A stretch of 49,832 bases of DNA from Octopus bimaculoides (taxonomy: Eukaryota): contig NC_068982.1 in assembly GCF_001194135.2 (NCBI RefSeq), positions 108,795,427-108,845,258 of the forward strand, given 5' to 3'. Positions 49,601 to 49,832 of this stretch are shown piece after piece. The position numbers and the translations under genes are program-made. Each line of letters starts with the position of its first letter. The stretch's first letter is position 1. The notes under the pieces were generated by a model. It ran no database searches and had not been told where the DNA came from. It saw nothing but the letters and a program-made list of their open reading frames with translations.

Positions 49601-49832
49601 TCTCTTTTACTTGTTTCAGTCATTTGACTGCAGCCAAGCTGGAGCACTGCCTTTAGTTGAGCAAATCGACCCCAGGACTTATTCTTTGTAAGCCTAGTAC
49701 TTATTCTATCGGTCTCTTTTGCCAAACTGCTAAGTTACGGGGACGTAAACAACACACCAGCATTGGTTATCAAGCGATGGTGGGGGGACAAACACAGACA
49801 CACAAACACACACATATATATATATATATATA
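49601..49832 (-). mobile_element. SINE family A 3' half (runs off the window)
   Basis: tcttttacttgtttcagtcatttgactgcagcc...aagcgatggtgggggg matches the family A tail. Confidence 0.8.

Overview
Eukaryotic, AT-rich, microsatellite-rich draft scaffold with seven N gaps. The repeat families suggest an octopus or other cephalopod (inference). The only gene I can support is EDC3 (enhancer of mRNA decapping 3) on the minus strand. It has six coding exons from 41904 to 28738 (161+272+312+154+218+332 = 1449 nt, 482 aa), all phase-compatible with GT-AG introns, encoding LSm, FDF and YjeF_N domains. Its 5' non-coding exon was not located. The rest is mostly repeats: three tRNA-headed SINE families, two RTE-clade LINE 3' fragments, a mariner 5' fragment, a TA-flanked MITE, a probable Penelope-like relic and many simple repeats. 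The best leads are: (1) a 476-bp fold-back element with a 13-bp TSD, a tRNA-like head and decayed hammerhead-ribozyme motifs on both strands (22658-23133); (2) a second, unrelated inverted pair of hammerhead-like cores near 9.5 kb; (3) a candidate 65-nt EDC3 cassette exon that is either a poison exon or an in-frame 25-aa insert; (4) a ~155-bp templated insertion with microhomology junctions inside a SINE. All coordinates were derived by hand and repeat boundaries are approximate.
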